A DNA stretch of 64,000 bases from a virus (taxonomy: Duplodnaviria > Caudoviricetes): IMG/VR virus record IMGVR_UViG_2609460327_000001, positions 128,001 to 192,000 of that record; one strand, given 5' to 3'. Position 1 is the first letter of the stretch; each line of letters opens with the position of its first letter. Shown here one piece after another: positions 10,514 to 21,399 of this stretch. A program made the translations under genes and the position numbers. The notes below the pieces were generated by a model. That model made no database searches. It was not told where the DNA came from and was given only the letters and a program-made list of their open reading frames with translations.

Positions 10514-10960
10514 ATGGCAAGAGAGCGATTCACACTGGTAACAGACGAAGTAAAACGCGAGGAGGATATTCGCCGGCAGATTGAAACCGGCGAAATGAAT
10601 CCGGGAGTATATGCCACGCTGTCTGATGACGATAAAACAGCAGTATCTAATGTCCTGTTCGAGATGTCTTCCGAGAAGATCGAGCCGAACCAAGGCACAT
10701 CTGCATTGGAGTTTATTCTGTTTGCTTTCATGCGTATCACCAACAAGAAACTGTCCGGCATGAGCCTTACCGCAGAGGATCAGGAAGTAGAAGACGCGCT
10801 TCAAGTGATTCTAGGCAATCACCAGATCACGGATGGCACCACACCAAAAGCAGATTGGCTCTTCGATTACATGAGCTATGCGCAGGCCAAATCGGCCGAG
10901 TTCCTGCAGAACCGCGCAGAACACATCGACCGTAAGAAGAGCACCATCGGAGTGATCTAA
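10514..10960 (+). CDS. hypothetical protein (148 aa)
   Basis: RBS AAGGAG; TAATG coupling to the next gene. Confidence 0.6.
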   Translation: MARERFTLVTDEVKREEDIRRQIETGEMNPGVYATLSDDDKTAVSNVLFEMSSEKIEPNQGTSALEFILFAFMRITNKKLSGMSLTAEDQEVEDALQVILGNHQITDGTTPKADWLFDYMSYAQAKSAEFLQNRAEHIDRKKSTIGVI

Positions 10961-11460
10961 TGGATTTCGAGGTCGGTGACATCTTAATGATACGCGGAGA
11001 CACTTTTATGGTGTCTCCCATCATCAAAGAAGTCCTTCATTCCGAGTTCTCCCATGTCGCTATCGCTGTCGGAAAGAACCACATCTGCGAGATCGATGCC
11101 TTCAAGCGAATGCGGATCGTAAGTAATCCATATACCGATTACGACCTATACCGGATCAACACCGGACTAAAAGCAGCAGAGAAGCTAAAGATGCAGACGT
11201 TCCTCCAAGAGAAGTGCAGAACCATAAAGGGATATGATTGGCTGCGGATCATCGAGATCATCTTACGTCGGTATCTCAAGTGGGAAGTTTCTCTCAACAC
11301 CAAGAATCGGTACATCTGCTCGGAAGTAATTGACGCCGCGTATGCGGCCATCGGAATGAATCTGGTGCCGCAGCTCGAAGATGAGGACGTAACTCCGATG
11401 GATATCTTAAAATCGCCCTACATTGTTCAGATCAAAAATACCCTTGCAAAGAGTGTGTAG
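10960..11460 (+). CDS. YiiX/YebB-like circularly permuted NlpC/P60 papain-like amidase
   Basis: GDILMIRG...FSHVAI...GYD...YICSEVIDAAY...VTPMDI: His-before-Cys order typical of the permuted family. Confidence 0.8.
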   Translation: MDFEVGDILMIRGDTFMVSPIIKEVLHSEFSHVAIAVGKNHICEIDAFKRMRIVSNPYTDYDLYRINTGLKAAEKLKMQTFLQEKCRTIKGYDWLRIIEIILRRYLKWEVSLNTKNRYICSEVIDAAYAAIGMNLVPQLEDEDVTPMDILKSPYIVQIKNTLAKSV

Positions 11461-11484
11461 CAATTCGCTATGCACTCTTTCTTT
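11448..11484 (+). terminator. Rho-independent terminator
   Basis: AAAGAGTGTGTAGC-AATTC-GCTATGCACTCTTT followed by CTTT. Confidence 0.75.
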
Positions 11485-11500
11485 AAATGTAAACAGGCTT

Positions 11501-11527
11501 TATAATGTAATAATGTAACGTATTACA
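11501..11527 (+). promoter_or_regulatory. -10 box TATAAT followed by palindromic operator TGTAACGTATTACA
   Basis: TATAAT at 11501-11506; palindrome at 11514-11527; upstream of the RBS of the 11546 ORF. Confidence 0.6.
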
Positions 11528-11545
11528 AAGAAAGGGGGATATGAT

Positions 11546-12991
11546 GTGGATTATACATTGGATATCGATGGCGTCCTTTTCGCGAGCAATAAGCCATTCT
11601 CTGCGACCCTCGCCGTACTGGAAGACCTCCAGGATGACAACGTGTTTACGGAAGAACGAGACTACGCCTCGTTCGAGAAGACCCCGCTTCAGTACCAGAT
11701 CACCTCAGAGACCGGAGACGATATTATCCAAGTCACAATTCCGTATTCCAATCGCCTGAGTGATTCAGATGCCGCACATGCCGTAGTTTGCTTCCATGAT
11801 GGTATCAGTAACTGGCGGCCGGTCAAGACCGACTGCGACCAAGATGGGCGCACTCTGCAAGCGACATTCGTGGGAAAAAAACTGACGATTGGCTTATTCC
11901 TTAACGAATATTTCTATTCAGAATATACACAGTACATGGCAGATGAGTTTCCTACATGGACAACGCTGCGCGGGAAAAAGTTCAGTCTTGGACAAAGATT
12001 TTTAAACTACTTCGGGATGCAGTTTGAACGAGGCATGGGTGATCTTAAAGATATCCGCCGCCAGCGATTCATCGACACGCTTGACCCGAACATGATGGAC
12101 TGGGTTTATATCTATCCAATCCCTAAGATTTCATCTACAGACAGTCTAACGATTTATGATCAAGAAAATGCTGACCTTCGTAAGCCGGTTCCCATCTTAA
12201 GCTCACTAAAAGAGTTCTTTTATAACATGGAGCAGAAGGGCGTCATTATTGATTACGAGTCTCGAGTCATGTACTCCATTCGTCGATATGAAACCATTCT
12301 AGGTGTAGTCGAGAATATTGATAACCGGCAGGGCTTCCGATCAACACCGACACCTCATTTAATCTGGAATGCCTTTGATGAGTTCGGGCTTTTAGTCGGC
12401 GTGAAGCGCCTGACGCTTGAGCGGAATGCAGAGTATCGTGAGCGCATCAAAGATGCTTTCCGTTACCCGGCAAACAACAGTGAGCTGGGGCTAACCCATG
12501 CACTCGGCCGCGAGCTTGGCTTAATCCGGAGATTCGTGTGGAAAGACGATACGAAGAACTTGTACATCAAAGGCAGCGGACTAGACCACCGCACGATCCG
12601 TGTGGATGGCCAGAAGATTGAACCTAACATGTACGCAGTAGATCGGTTCGGCAACATCATGATTCAGGCTTTCCGTGAAGGAAAAGAGCATACCGTCTCC
12701 ATCATCAAAGATGTCTTCAAGCATCAGCTGTACGATAAACAGGATGAAGAATTGTACAAAATGATGTTCGGTGAAGATGGGCAAGCCACAGACAAGCTAA
12801 TCAATTGGGTGAATTACATCAACGAAGTAGCTCCTGTGATGTGGGGGAAATTCAATTGGGATGAAGGATACTGGGATACGATCAGCAGAGACCTGACGGG
12901 GATCGGGTATCTTCCAAACATTTGGGATTCAGATATCAAGGTCTGGGACGATTACACATTCAGACTAGATCTAGCGAAGGAGAAGTTTTAA
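11546..12991 (+). CDS. putative baseplate wedge-like structural protein
   Basis: FDEFGLLVGVKRLTLERNAEYRERI resembles the LDxxGxxxGxxRxxxExDxxYRxRI motif of myovirus baseplate wedge proteins. Confidence 0.55.
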   Translation: MDYTLDIDGVLFASNKPFSATLAVLEDLQDDNVFTEERDYASFEKTPLQYQITSETGDDIIQVTIPYSNRLSDSDAAHAVVCFHDGISNWRPVKTDCDQDGRTLQATFVGKKLTIGLFLNEYFYSEYTQYMADEFPTWTTLRGKKFSLGQRFLNYFGMQFERGMGDLKDIRRQRFIDTLDPNMMDWVYIYPIPKISSTDSLTIYDQENADLRKPVPILSSLKEFFYNMEQKGVIIDYESRVMYSIRRYETILGVVENIDNRQGFRSTPTPHLIWNAFDEFGLLVGVKRLTLERNAEYRERIKDAFRYPANNSELGLTHALGRELGLIRRFVWKDDTKNLYIKGSGLDHRTIRVDGQKIEPNMYAVDRFGNIMIQAFREGKEHTVSIIKDVFKHQLYDKQDEELYKMMFGEDGQATDKLINWVNYINEVAPVMWGKFNWDEGYWDTISRDLTGIGYLPNIWDSDIKVWDDYTFRLDLAKEKF

Positions 12992-15900
12992 TGGCCATAA
13001 TCAATTTCGATTATAAAATCAAAGCAGAGATTATCCCAACGTGGGAACACCCATTTCATTTCGCCGTCTATGCTGACGTAGAGAAGCCAAATGGAGATAG
13101 ATATAACGATAAGCTATATGAGGGGCGTGGAGTGCTTAATCAGCAGCACACAAACTATGATAGCAAAGCTCATATCGAATTAGATGGCGTAGTTATTGAA
13201 CTCGAAGAGGGAGATGTCATCCAAGGATATACGGCTATCTCACTAGACCCGAATGTATCCATCGTGGTGAACGAGAGCAGTATTGATTCCGTTTATGCTT
13301 GGATCGAATCCAGAGCAGCTGTGCCGATTGCAACCGAAACAAAATGGATTACAGCAGAGCAGATCGACACTAACATTCACGGTACTAAGGAAACGGCAAA
13401 GACTTTAAATCGTACTGAGCTGAAGCAGCTGCTTGAACGCAACAGCGAAATAGAGTTCCCTCTTCGCTATGATATTCGATCCCTTGAACTTATCAGCAAT
13501 AAAGAGAATGTAATTATGGAGCTTTCTGAGGAGGGTATTGAAGTCTTTGGTTTTGATGCTTCTCTGATTGAGAATGTCATCGGAAGCATAAGTGTAAATG
13601 AGATCATTGTCACTCACCGAGAGACTATCCCTGTTCCGCTTTTCCTTGATGTTGAAAGTGCTTCAGGCATACAGTTAAATCTAATTGAAGGCATCATCGA
13701 TAACCGGAATATCGCAAGAGTGGCTTCAATTAAAGAAGACAAGATTTGGATTGAAGGCATGGGCGTTGGCGAAACAAGCATTCGTATCAACTATGCAGGG
13801 GTCCTGATTGCTGAAACACCGATCCGAGTAGAGAAGCCAAAAGCGATTATCCATACTTCTCTGGATAGCAAAAACTTTTATGTAGGTCAGCCTTTTCAAA
13901 TCCACTTGATGCCAGAATATACGAATGGAGATGTCTTTGAAACTTCCACCTGCGAGTATGAATTGCAGGGCGGAGAAGTAGAATCTCAACTAGATACGAC
14001 AACGCTTAGTATCATTCCTCATACTGCAGGTGTTTTAATAATGCAGGTTCGTCTTGTTAGTAAGACAGGGGAGGTGGTGGAGGCAACCATAAAGCTGCCG
14101 GTGCGGGATAAGCACCTGTATCGATTCCATGTTCAGCCTGAAGAAGCTACGATCGTTCAAGGCGATAAGCTATCTCTTTCTGCTCAATATCAAAACACAT
14201 CGGCCGGCATGGAACATGATGACTCTTTAATTGAGTGGAGTGTTTTAGAAGGCACTGAGTTTGTTCAGATGGAGAATAGTAAGGGAAGAAGTGTCATCCT
14301 TGGTGGTTATGGATCAGGAGTCGTCCGGCTTAAAGCAAGCGTTTATGATAATGAAGCTGAAGCCACGATCCATATCGTAGGACAGACGCAACCCATCCTG
14401 CACTTTGCAGAAACCAATATACTCATGGCGCCAGGAGAGCGAAAATCGATCTATCCCGCTATCGTAAATGATGATGGTCGCAGCCGGCCGATTGCGTGGG
14501 ACATCCAGCAAAACAGCTGCCTTAATATCGTAGATGAAGGCGCAAGTAAACTTGTGTTTGAAGCTATCACGAATGGCAGAGCCACAATCATCTGCAAAGC
14601 AGGGGATCTGAAGCAACAGATTTATGTCGATGTATCCGAGAACCGGATTCAAGCGTTCAGCACCGAGGCAGTAGATGGATCGATTTATATTCCGACAGAA
14701 GACTCTCCAGAACAATGGACGGATGTAGAAAAAGATCCGAATTATATTGAGAGCCCAGGGATGCTGACGAGCATGTATACCCGGACAAGCGGAGAAGAAG
14801 ATCCGAACTATGCTTTCCACTCAGGGATCGGGGATCAAGACGACCTGCTGGTGAAAAAGCCTCAGCTAGAAAACAGCGTCCAGCCATTCCAATATGCAGC
14901 ACGTCTGCGCGGGAAGAAACGCCATTCCATTATGATCTATCCAGAAATCGCATTCCAATACAGCGTTCAGTATAAAGGCGATCTCTACGTGACCTATAAC
15001 GAGTCTCCATTCAAGGTGAGCATTGATGCTTATCCAGCGAAGAAGTTCGAGTTTACGATCAAAGAAGACCGCAAGCTTGAAACAATCAAGGACTATGAGG
15101 TTGAAATGTCCGTGGAAGGGCAAGTTACGAAAAAGGATTTGGAGTACGCCGTCAACTGGAAAGCAAATGTGGAAGTGAATGATGAAGGTGACGTAAAAGG
15201 ATTGTTCGTTTCTGGAGGAGACAAAGGAGACTTCATCGGTAGCGGCACCGCGTTGTCTTGGCGACTCGGAAGCGGATACGTCTATGACACATACAACCTC
15301 AGCCGGTTCAGTGGCGTTGTGGCAAAGAAATACTATGACTACACTAGCTACGAAGCTGAGTTTGATTACAAGCCAATTGCGGGCGACTCATCAGGCATTG
15401 CAGACGATGACCTTATCGGACTGATCTTCAAAGCAAGAGATAAGCGAAACTTCTACATGCTGCTGATTGAAAGCCATGAGCGTGCAAGAAACTCAAACCG
15501 TACAGGCGACAACTTGGAAGGGTTCAATATCTACACTGGGACACCGGAACAATGGAACGCGCGATCTGTAAGAGGAGCCAGCTATCAGACCGAATCAGAA
15601 TGGCGGCTATATACGCAGAGCATGGGGTGGAAGACACAGCATAGACGCGTCTACAAAGTAACCGATGGAGTAATGAGTCGGGTTAATGTAAATGATCTAG
15701 GCGGCGGCAATGGATGGGATTTCAATGTCATGCAGAGCATGATGGTCCGCTCCATGGGTAAGAAGGTAGAGCTTCATGTCCGCCACAGCTTAAGCGGCAA
15801 CTATGCAAAAATATTCGAGTTCAATACGGATTGGGAAGAGGGAAGCTTTGGGATGTGTAATATCTCTCAGGCTGTTCAGTTCCATGGGATTCGTGTGCGG

Positions 15901-18900
15901 GAATGGAATCAGATCGAAGGGCGCATTCCGGAAACCGGCTATGACAAATATACGGGGATCGGAAGTAAAACGATCTCTTCTTCTGGTAGAGAATACGTGA
16001 AGACTCAAGTCGTATCTAAACTCAGCTCGCCATCACAGAAATATGAAGTCACAGAAGTAGCTGGCGAATTAACGGATAGCTCTGCTGGCAGTATCACGGC
16101 ATCTGTCACAGGAGCCATCGTGGTGAAGTCCAACAATCCGCCTAATGCAGGAGAGCCGATCACGCAGAAGTTTACGAAGAGTGGCCAGATTCGAATTACG
16201 CCCGACAACATTGATTTGAATACGGCTGCCGAAGTCTATACGAATGCTCAAGAGTTCTTTAAAGCAGAGCTGTCTAAATTCAAGAGTGATCATCCGGAAA
16301 TGTCTGCAAGCAGTGTCGTGCCGACCTTTACGCTAGTTAAGCCGGCTGTTGATGATGCGGAGAAAGACTTTACGCAAGAGCGCCTATTGATGTGGGAGAC
16401 TGAACCCGAGATTGTAACAACCGAGATTGATTATGAGCATAATGTATTTGCTTATGAAGGATGGGTCGCAGGACGGCCTCTGACGGACTTTGTAGGCGGT
16501 AACTGGGCAACCTACACATTAACCTTCCATGATAACTCAGGGACCGTCAACGAGCAGTATGACGCTTGGAAGTGGCAGAACAGCGGAGCAGTCGACATTC
16601 ATCATGATCCGTCCGATGTGCTCATGCTCAAAACAACAGAGTGGTACAAGGGGATATTCCCTGCCGATATCCTGAATGAAGGAATCGTTAATAGTGAAGA
16701 AGACAGCTTCGTTGATATCCCGCCAAGCCATGAACATTACATCGAGCCGTATCTAAGCACACCGATGCCAGGCATCTATGACAACGTTCATTATCTTTTG
16801 TATAAGGAGCCTATCGGCAAGCAGACATTCACTTGGATGTATTGGGAAAGCCAGCCGGGAATCACAACCCGCAACAGCGGACTTCCTATTAATCAGTTGA
16901 CCGGCAAACCAATCATCAAGACAGATCGTCAGAATGATCGCGTTGTGGTGAAGTGTGATGAAGATCCAAGATACATCCCTTATACAACGGGGAAAGAAAT
17001 TGGATATGGAAAAGTTAATGGCAAGCGTCCATTCTTCGGAGACTCAGCTGGGCGAGCAAACATGATTGGGGTTCCAACAAACACAGTGTTCATCCCTGAG
17101 AATATGGTCAACATTACAGGGCCGTATATCGAAGTTAGCGACGATCGTGTGAGCTACAGCATCGATGCCGGAGGAAAGACGGTTACGTTCAGCTCTGATT
17201 TCAAAGACGCTTACGTTTGGCATACCGATTGGTATACGGGCTGGCATGAAGATGAGAGAGGTTTCCATGCAGATCTGAATACGACAACAACCATAGGCGA
17301 TCCAATCTCCATCAATCCGGAGGATCAGGAAGACTATGATGATAATGTCTCTATCGAAGGCGTTGAAGTCATCAGCAACAATCCGTTTGTTTCTGTCTGG
17401 CCAACTCAAGCAGAGGGAAGTTCTTCAGGACTCTTGGGAACGTACTATCGCTACCCACAAGAGATTGAGAACTTGCTTGAGAAGTTTGTTGTCGGCGGTA
17501 ACTTCCAAATCAAAGAGCAGGTCTTTGTCATTGAAGAAGCGGTGGCTCCAGTAAATACGCCAGGATTACCTGCATCCGAAACGTTCATTCCCGGCAGTGC
17601 GCCGGTGAGAGGAACCATTCAAGGAGTTACGGAGTTCGAGGTAGCGACAGTATATGTTCCTGCAGGAAAGCCAATCCTTAAGATCGCATCGAACTTCATG
17701 ATTGATACTGGAAATAAGTATCCTGACCTGCTTGTGACTGCGCCGAACGGTGAACAGTTTGGTGTTAAATACATGAATGGGACTTGGTCTGCTTCAGGAA
17801 CAACTGCATCCGATTTCTTAAGCTGCAGACAGTACACGCACTCTGGAGATAGCGGGCATGCAGAAGTGATGACCTTCACGCTGCCGATTGAGGGGACATG
17901 GACCATTAGCGTATTCAACCAAGGGAATGCACAGACCGCTTACATGGTGACAACTAACATTGGTACCGATGTACGTAAGGTGCTGAGCCTGAGCTATGTA
18001 CCAGACCCTGATTCTGTTTCGGTCAAAGTGAACGGCATTTCAATTACAGCTTTCGCTATGGATCGTAAGGATGTCATTATTACAGCGCCGATCGTGAACG
18101 AAGATGTCATTGAGGTAAATTACTCTGCAGGTGGAATCAAGATCAAAGAGCTGCCTATGCAAACAGACTTCCCGATGTATGATGTGCCGCCTTACAAGGT
18201 GCTGTCAGTCAGAAAGAATGATGTGGAGATTCCGGAGAGTACAACAAACGGATACTCCATTGATGGTCAGACCTTTAAGATCAGAGGAAGCTATGTAACG
18301 CCAGGCGTTATTCGAATCAGATACGGTGTTGGTGAGATTGATAACACATTTGATTTAGCCAATGATCCGCAGCTATCTCCGGAAGTTTATCTAAATGGAA
18401 CGAAGCTGGATGAAACGAAATACAGCATCAGCGGTCGTGTTCTTACAGTGGATAAAGAATTGCTCATGCCTAAAGATTGGATTCACTTGCAGTCTTACAG
18501 AGTGGCCAAGCGTTTCGATCCTCAGAAAGAAAACTACTTGGGTGATGTGAAAATGTCCCGCGTCGATCCATTCATTAACTTTAATTGGGGAACGCAATCA
18601 CCGTTCACAGAGAGCCTGGAGCCTGCCGGCTTCCGCATGATGGCCGTCATTCCAGATCAGATTAAATTCAATCTGAATGTTGAGATGGAGATCAGTTATC
18701 CTTCATCTGAAGTCATCGACACCAGCAACTTCACAGGTGTATGGAGTAAGTTTGACGAGAACATCGGATCGAATGTAGGGGATTGGCATGGACCACCGGA
18801 AGCTGGATACGACAAAGTAACAAACCTTGCTAACCAGAGCTACCGATCCGGATGGTATAACCCTGAGCATGCAGATATGACAGACTATGATTTTGAGTTC

Positions 18901-21354
18901 ATGGTGCAGGAAATTGGCTCCGGGGATGACGATATGTATGGAGCTATTTTTAGGTTCAATCCATCCACTAAAAACTTCTACTCATTCGAGTGGGATGCCA
19001 ATGGGATGGACACGAAAGGGATGGCTGTTTATCGAAACATCTGTACGAACCCATCTCAATATGGAACTGCGCTTCTGTCATATAACAAAGTGAAGCTTGC
19101 TCACCTGCCAGAGCCTTGGGCGTATGGTACCGATCAAACGAATAAGATCAGAGTTCGAGTAGTAGGGCAGTCCATTCAAGTCTACACCAACGATGTACTG
19201 AAATTTGATATCGTAGATAATTCACCAGACGCACTGATTTCAGGAGCGTGGGGTCCAGTGACAATGTCTCAACCGAGAACATACTTTTGGAATTTCAGCA
19301 CCTCGAAAATTCTAAAGGAAACAATCCGGAAGCCGATGAGCGCAGAGAAGATGAAGTCACTAACGGACAGTATCCGAACCGAGGAAATGCTAGTTAGTGA
19401 CCAGCGAATGATTGATTTCTTTAGCAGCGAATTAAGCAGCTTCTTGAGCGCGCATGGATTCAATCGAAGTGATGTATCCCTACAGTACTTTATCAAAAAC
19501 GATACAAGTGATTACAAGACGCACTTTACGACAAGCGGTATTGTTACATCTAGTGATGATGCCAAAGTATCGGCTACTGTGATTACACGTCCCGCGTCCA
19601 CGCCGGAACAACCTGCTTGGCTGGATTACCGTGAAGTCAACCGAGGGCACTTGCCACCAGACACATCGGTGGATGTTTACAGTCCTGATCAGCCAGAGCC
19701 TTACATCGATCCGATTCAGCCGGCCGATGAAGGGACACCAAATGATGGCTTTGCGATTAACTGGAAGGGCAGTATCTATGCACCAGTATCAGGAACCTAC
19801 ACCTTCTACTCCACATCGGATGATGGCTTCCGACTCTGGATCGATAAGAAACTCATCATTGATAAGTGGGTTCTGCAATCTGCAACGACTCATGTCGGCA
19901 GTATTGAATTGCAGGGAGGCAAATGGTACGACTTCAATGCTAACTACTTCGAGAACGAAGGCACAGCCAGCGTGAAGTTGGAGTGGTCACATCCGGCAAC
20001 AGAGCGGGCAATGATCTCACCTGATTTCTTCACTCCTCGTTTAGGATATGCAGTGAATGCCAGAGTGAAAGAAGCAACACCGCTGCCGTGGAGCCCGATG
20101 ATTCATAATGGCTATTACTACTTCAAAGATAAGGAACATTACTTGTATGCGAAGAAGACGCGCCATGTGATGACACCGGTCGATCACCAGCTTCTCATTC
20201 AACCACGTCCGCAGCAAGGAGCGCCAATGATCGTGAGAGATAACGAAGGAAATATTCTTCGCAAGACGGCTTTCTATGAAGAAGTCTTTAATGAGAATGG
20301 CTTGCTCATTGATATCCAGCAGACATTGACTTATAAAGAAGAGCTGATGGGCAATGGATACAGTAAGTACTATCTAACCTATAAGGGGATTGATCCGGAT
20401 AGTCTTATAATTAAATTGAATGGCATTACAATTTCAGCAGATAAATATGTATTTGATGCAGAGAAATCATCGATTCAGTTCATGAACAATGTAGGAAACC
20501 GTGATATAATGAACTTCGAATATAGCTTGATGTACAGCTATTTTGTAGACTACAACCATGATCCGAATAATGATGTCGCCAAGATTGTTCTTCATCCGAA
20601 CTATGATCCAGACAAGATGAAAGATATGGAGATCATTTATGAAGGCGATGCGTTTAGTCCGTTCTATCGAGCAAAAGAAATCGCACTGAATCCGCTGCTC
20701 ACTCATAATCACAAGGGCTTCCTATACTTGACCAACAAGATATTGGATACACCAAAATCTGTGGATATCAATGTATCACCAAAGACACTGTCTTCCGATG
20801 GATTAGGAAAGGTTCTAGTGACAGGGAAGGTACTGGACAAATACAACAATCCTATTCAGAACAAGAATGTGGACGTATATCGTGATGGAGAATTAATCTA
20901 CAGCGGTCCAACGAACCGTGCAGGAGAAGTCTACGTTTACGATAAGCCGGTGCCTAGAGCTGAAATGATCAGCGTATATCAGATTATTTGCGAAGACTTA
21001 AATAACCAAACACTTCTAAATTTCTATGTTCCTAATATGAAGGATCGCTACTTCCTTGAAGTGAAGACCAGTAAAGCAGCGATCCAAGCGGGGCAGGATG
21101 ATAAGGCGACCATCTACATCACGCTTCGGAATGAGAACTGGGAGAACGTGGCTGGGGAGAGAATCAAGATCGTTTGTCGTAATACGAAAGGTGAAATCAC
21201 TACTTCTGAAATGACGACAAATGTCTATGGCCAAGCAGAGTGGACAGTCTCCGCTTTGAATGAGCAACAAGGCAATATTACTGTAACAGCTTCTTACAGT
21301 ATGGAAGGTGAAACAGCAAGCAACTTCATCTACCTGAAGGTAATAGGGGCGTAA
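12991..21354 (+). CDS. giant (about 2790 aa) virion structural/adhesin protein: Ig-like repeats, two thrombospondin-C-like lectin domains, PA14 domain, C-terminal Ig (Big_1-like) domains
   Basis: Start moved to ATG 12991 (RBS AAGGAG, TAATG overlap with upstream stop). DDDLIGLIF/DDDMYGAIF motifs. PA14 motif WKGSIYAPVSGTYTFYSTSDDGFRLWID. VLDKYNNPI, TNVYGQA. Confidence 0.75.
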   Translation: MAIINFDYKIKAEIIPTWEHPFHFAVYADVEKPNGDRYNDKLYEGRGVLNQQHTNYDSKAHIELDGVVIELEEGDVIQGYTAISLDPNVSIVVNESSIDSVYAWIESRAAVPIATETKWITAEQIDTNIHGTKETAKTLNRTELKQLLERNSEIEFPLRYDIRSLELISNKENVIMELSEEGIEVFGFDASLIENVIGSISVNEIIVTHRETIPVPLFLDVESASGIQLNLIEGIIDNRNIARVASIKEDKIWIEGMGVGETSIRINYAGVLIAETPIRVEKPKAIIHTSLDSKNFYVGQPFQIHLMPEYTNGDVFETSTCEYELQGGEVESQLDTTTLSIIPHTAGVLIMQVRLVSKTGEVVEATIKLPVRDKHLYRFHVQPEEATIVQGDKLSLSAQYQNTSAGMEHDDSLIEWSVLEGTEFVQMENSKGRSVILGGYGSGVVRLKASVYDNEAEATIHIVGQTQPILHFAETNILMAPGERKSIYPAIVNDDGRSRPIAWDIQQNSCLNIVDEGASKLVFEAITNGRATIICKAGDLKQQIYVDVSENRIQAFSTEAVDGSIYIPTEDSPEQWTDVEKDPNYIESPGMLTSMYTRTSGEEDPNYAFHSGIGDQDDLLVKKPQLENSVQPFQYAARLRGKKRHSIMIYPEIAFQYSVQYKGDLYVTYNESPFKVSIDAYPAKKFEFTIKEDRKLETIKDYEVEMSVEGQVTKKDLEYAVNWKANVEVNDEGDVKGLFVSGGDKGDFIGSGTALSWRLGSGYVYDTYNLSRFSGVVAKKYYDYTSYEAEFDYKPIAGDSSGIADDDLIGLIFKARDKRNFYMLLIESHERARNSNRTGDNLEGFNIYTGTPEQWNARSVRGASYQTESEWRLYTQSMGWKTQHRRVYKVTDGVMSRVNVNDLGGGNGWDFNVMQSMMVRSMGKKVELHVRHSLSGNYAKIFEFNTDWEEGSFGMCNISQAVQFHGIRVREWNQIEGRIPETGYDKYTGIGSKTISSSGREYVKTQVVSKLSSPSQKYEVTEVAGELTDSSAGSITASVTGAIVVKSNNPPNAGEPITQKFTKSGQIRITPDNIDLNTAAEVYTNAQEFFKAELSKFKSDHPEMSASSVVPTFTLVKPAVDDAEKDFTQERLLMWETEPEIVTTEIDYEHNVFAYEGWVAGRPLTDFVGGNWATYTLTFHDNSGTVNEQYDAWKWQNSGAVDIHHDPSDVLMLKTTEWYKGIFPADILNEGIVNSEEDSFVDIPPSHEHYIEPYLSTPMPGIYDNVHYLLYKEPIGKQTFTWMYWESQPGITTRNSGLPINQLTGKPIIKTDRQNDRVVVKCDEDPRYIPYTTGKEIGYGKVNGKRPFFGDSAGRANMIGVPTNTVFIPENMVNITGPYIEVSDDRVSYSIDAGGKTVTFSSDFKDAYVWHTDWYTGWHEDERGFHADLNTTTTIGDPISINPEDQEDYDDNVSIEGVEVISNNPFVSVWPTQAEGSSSGLLGTYYRYPQEIENLLEKFVVGGNFQIKEQVFVIEEAVAPVNTPGLPASETFIPGSAPVRGTIQGVTEFEVATVYVPAGKPILKIASNFMIDTGNKYPDLLVTAPNGEQFGVKYMNGTWSASGTTASDFLSCRQYTHSGDSGHAEVMTFTLPIEGTWTISVFNQGNAQTAYMVTTNIGTDVRKVLSLSYVPDPDSVSVKVNGISITAFAMDRKDVIITAPIVNEDVIEVNYSAGGIKIKELPMQTDFPMYDVPPYKVLSVRKNDVEIPESTTNGYSIDGQTFKIRGSYVTPGVIRIRYGVGEIDNTFDLANDPQLSPEVYLNGTKLDETKYSISGRVLTVDKELLMPKDWIHLQSYRVAKRFDPQKENYLGDVKMSRVDPFINFNWGTQSPFTESLEPAGFRMMAVIPDQIKFNLNVEMEISYPSSEVIDTSNFTGVWSKFDENIGSNVGDWHGPPEAGYDKVTNLANQSYRSGWYNPEHADMTDYDFEFMVQEIGSGDDDMYGAIFRFNPSTKNFYSFEWDANGMDTKGMAVYRNICTNPSQYGTALLSYNKVKLAHLPEPWAYGTDQTNKIRVRVVGQSIQVYTNDVLKFDIVDNSPDALISGAWGPVTMSQPRTYFWNFSTSKILKETIRKPMSAEKMKSLTDSIRTEEMLVSDQRMIDFFSSELSSFLSAHGFNRSDVSLQYFIKNDTSDYKTHFTTSGIVTSSDDAKVSATVITRPASTPEQPAWLDYREVNRGHLPPDTSVDVYSPDQPEPYIDPIQPADEGTPNDGFAINWKGSIYAPVSGTYTFYSTSDDGFRLWIDKKLIIDKWVLQSATTHVGSIELQGGKWYDFNANYFENEGTASVKLEWSHPATERAMISPDFFTPRLGYAVNARVKEATPLPWSPMIHNGYYYFKDKEHYLYAKKTRHVMTPVDHQLLIQPRPQQGAPMIVRDNEGNILRKTAFYEEVFNENGLLIDIQQTLTYKEELMGNGYSKYYLTYKGIDPDSLIIKLNGITISADKYVFDAEKSSIQFMNNVGNRDIMNFEYSLMYSYFVDYNHDPNNDVAKIVLHPNYDPDKMKDMEIIYEGDAFSPFYRAKEIALNPLLTHNHKGFLYLTNKILDTPKSVDINVSPKTLSSDGLGKVLVTGKVLDKYNNPIQNKNVDVYRDGELIYSGPTNRAGEVYVYDKPVPRAEMISVYQIICEDLNNQTLLNFYVPNMKDRYFLEVKTSKAAIQAGQDDKATIYITLRNENWENVAGERIKIVCRNTKGEITTSEMTTNVYGQAEWTVSALNEQQGNITVTASYSMEGETASNFIYLKVIGA

Positions 21355-21372
21355 CAACCCCTATTGCTTTTT
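21339..21372 (+). terminator. terminator-like hairpin between the two giant genes
   Basis: GGTAATAGGGG-CGTAACAA-CCCCTATTGCT followed by a T run. Confidence 0.6.
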
Positions 21373-21399
21373 ACATAGGTGAAAGAAGGGAGATTAAAA

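Noticed and set aside
11514-11527. Palindrome as a CcpA cre site or ParB parS site
   Set aside because: The central register is YGYR rather than the cre NCGN, and it does not match the 16 bp parS consensus; treated as a distinct operator.
12922-12990. Tracked TTG start of the giant ORF
   Set aside because: It overlaps the upstream gene; ATG 12991 has an RBS and TAATG coupling.
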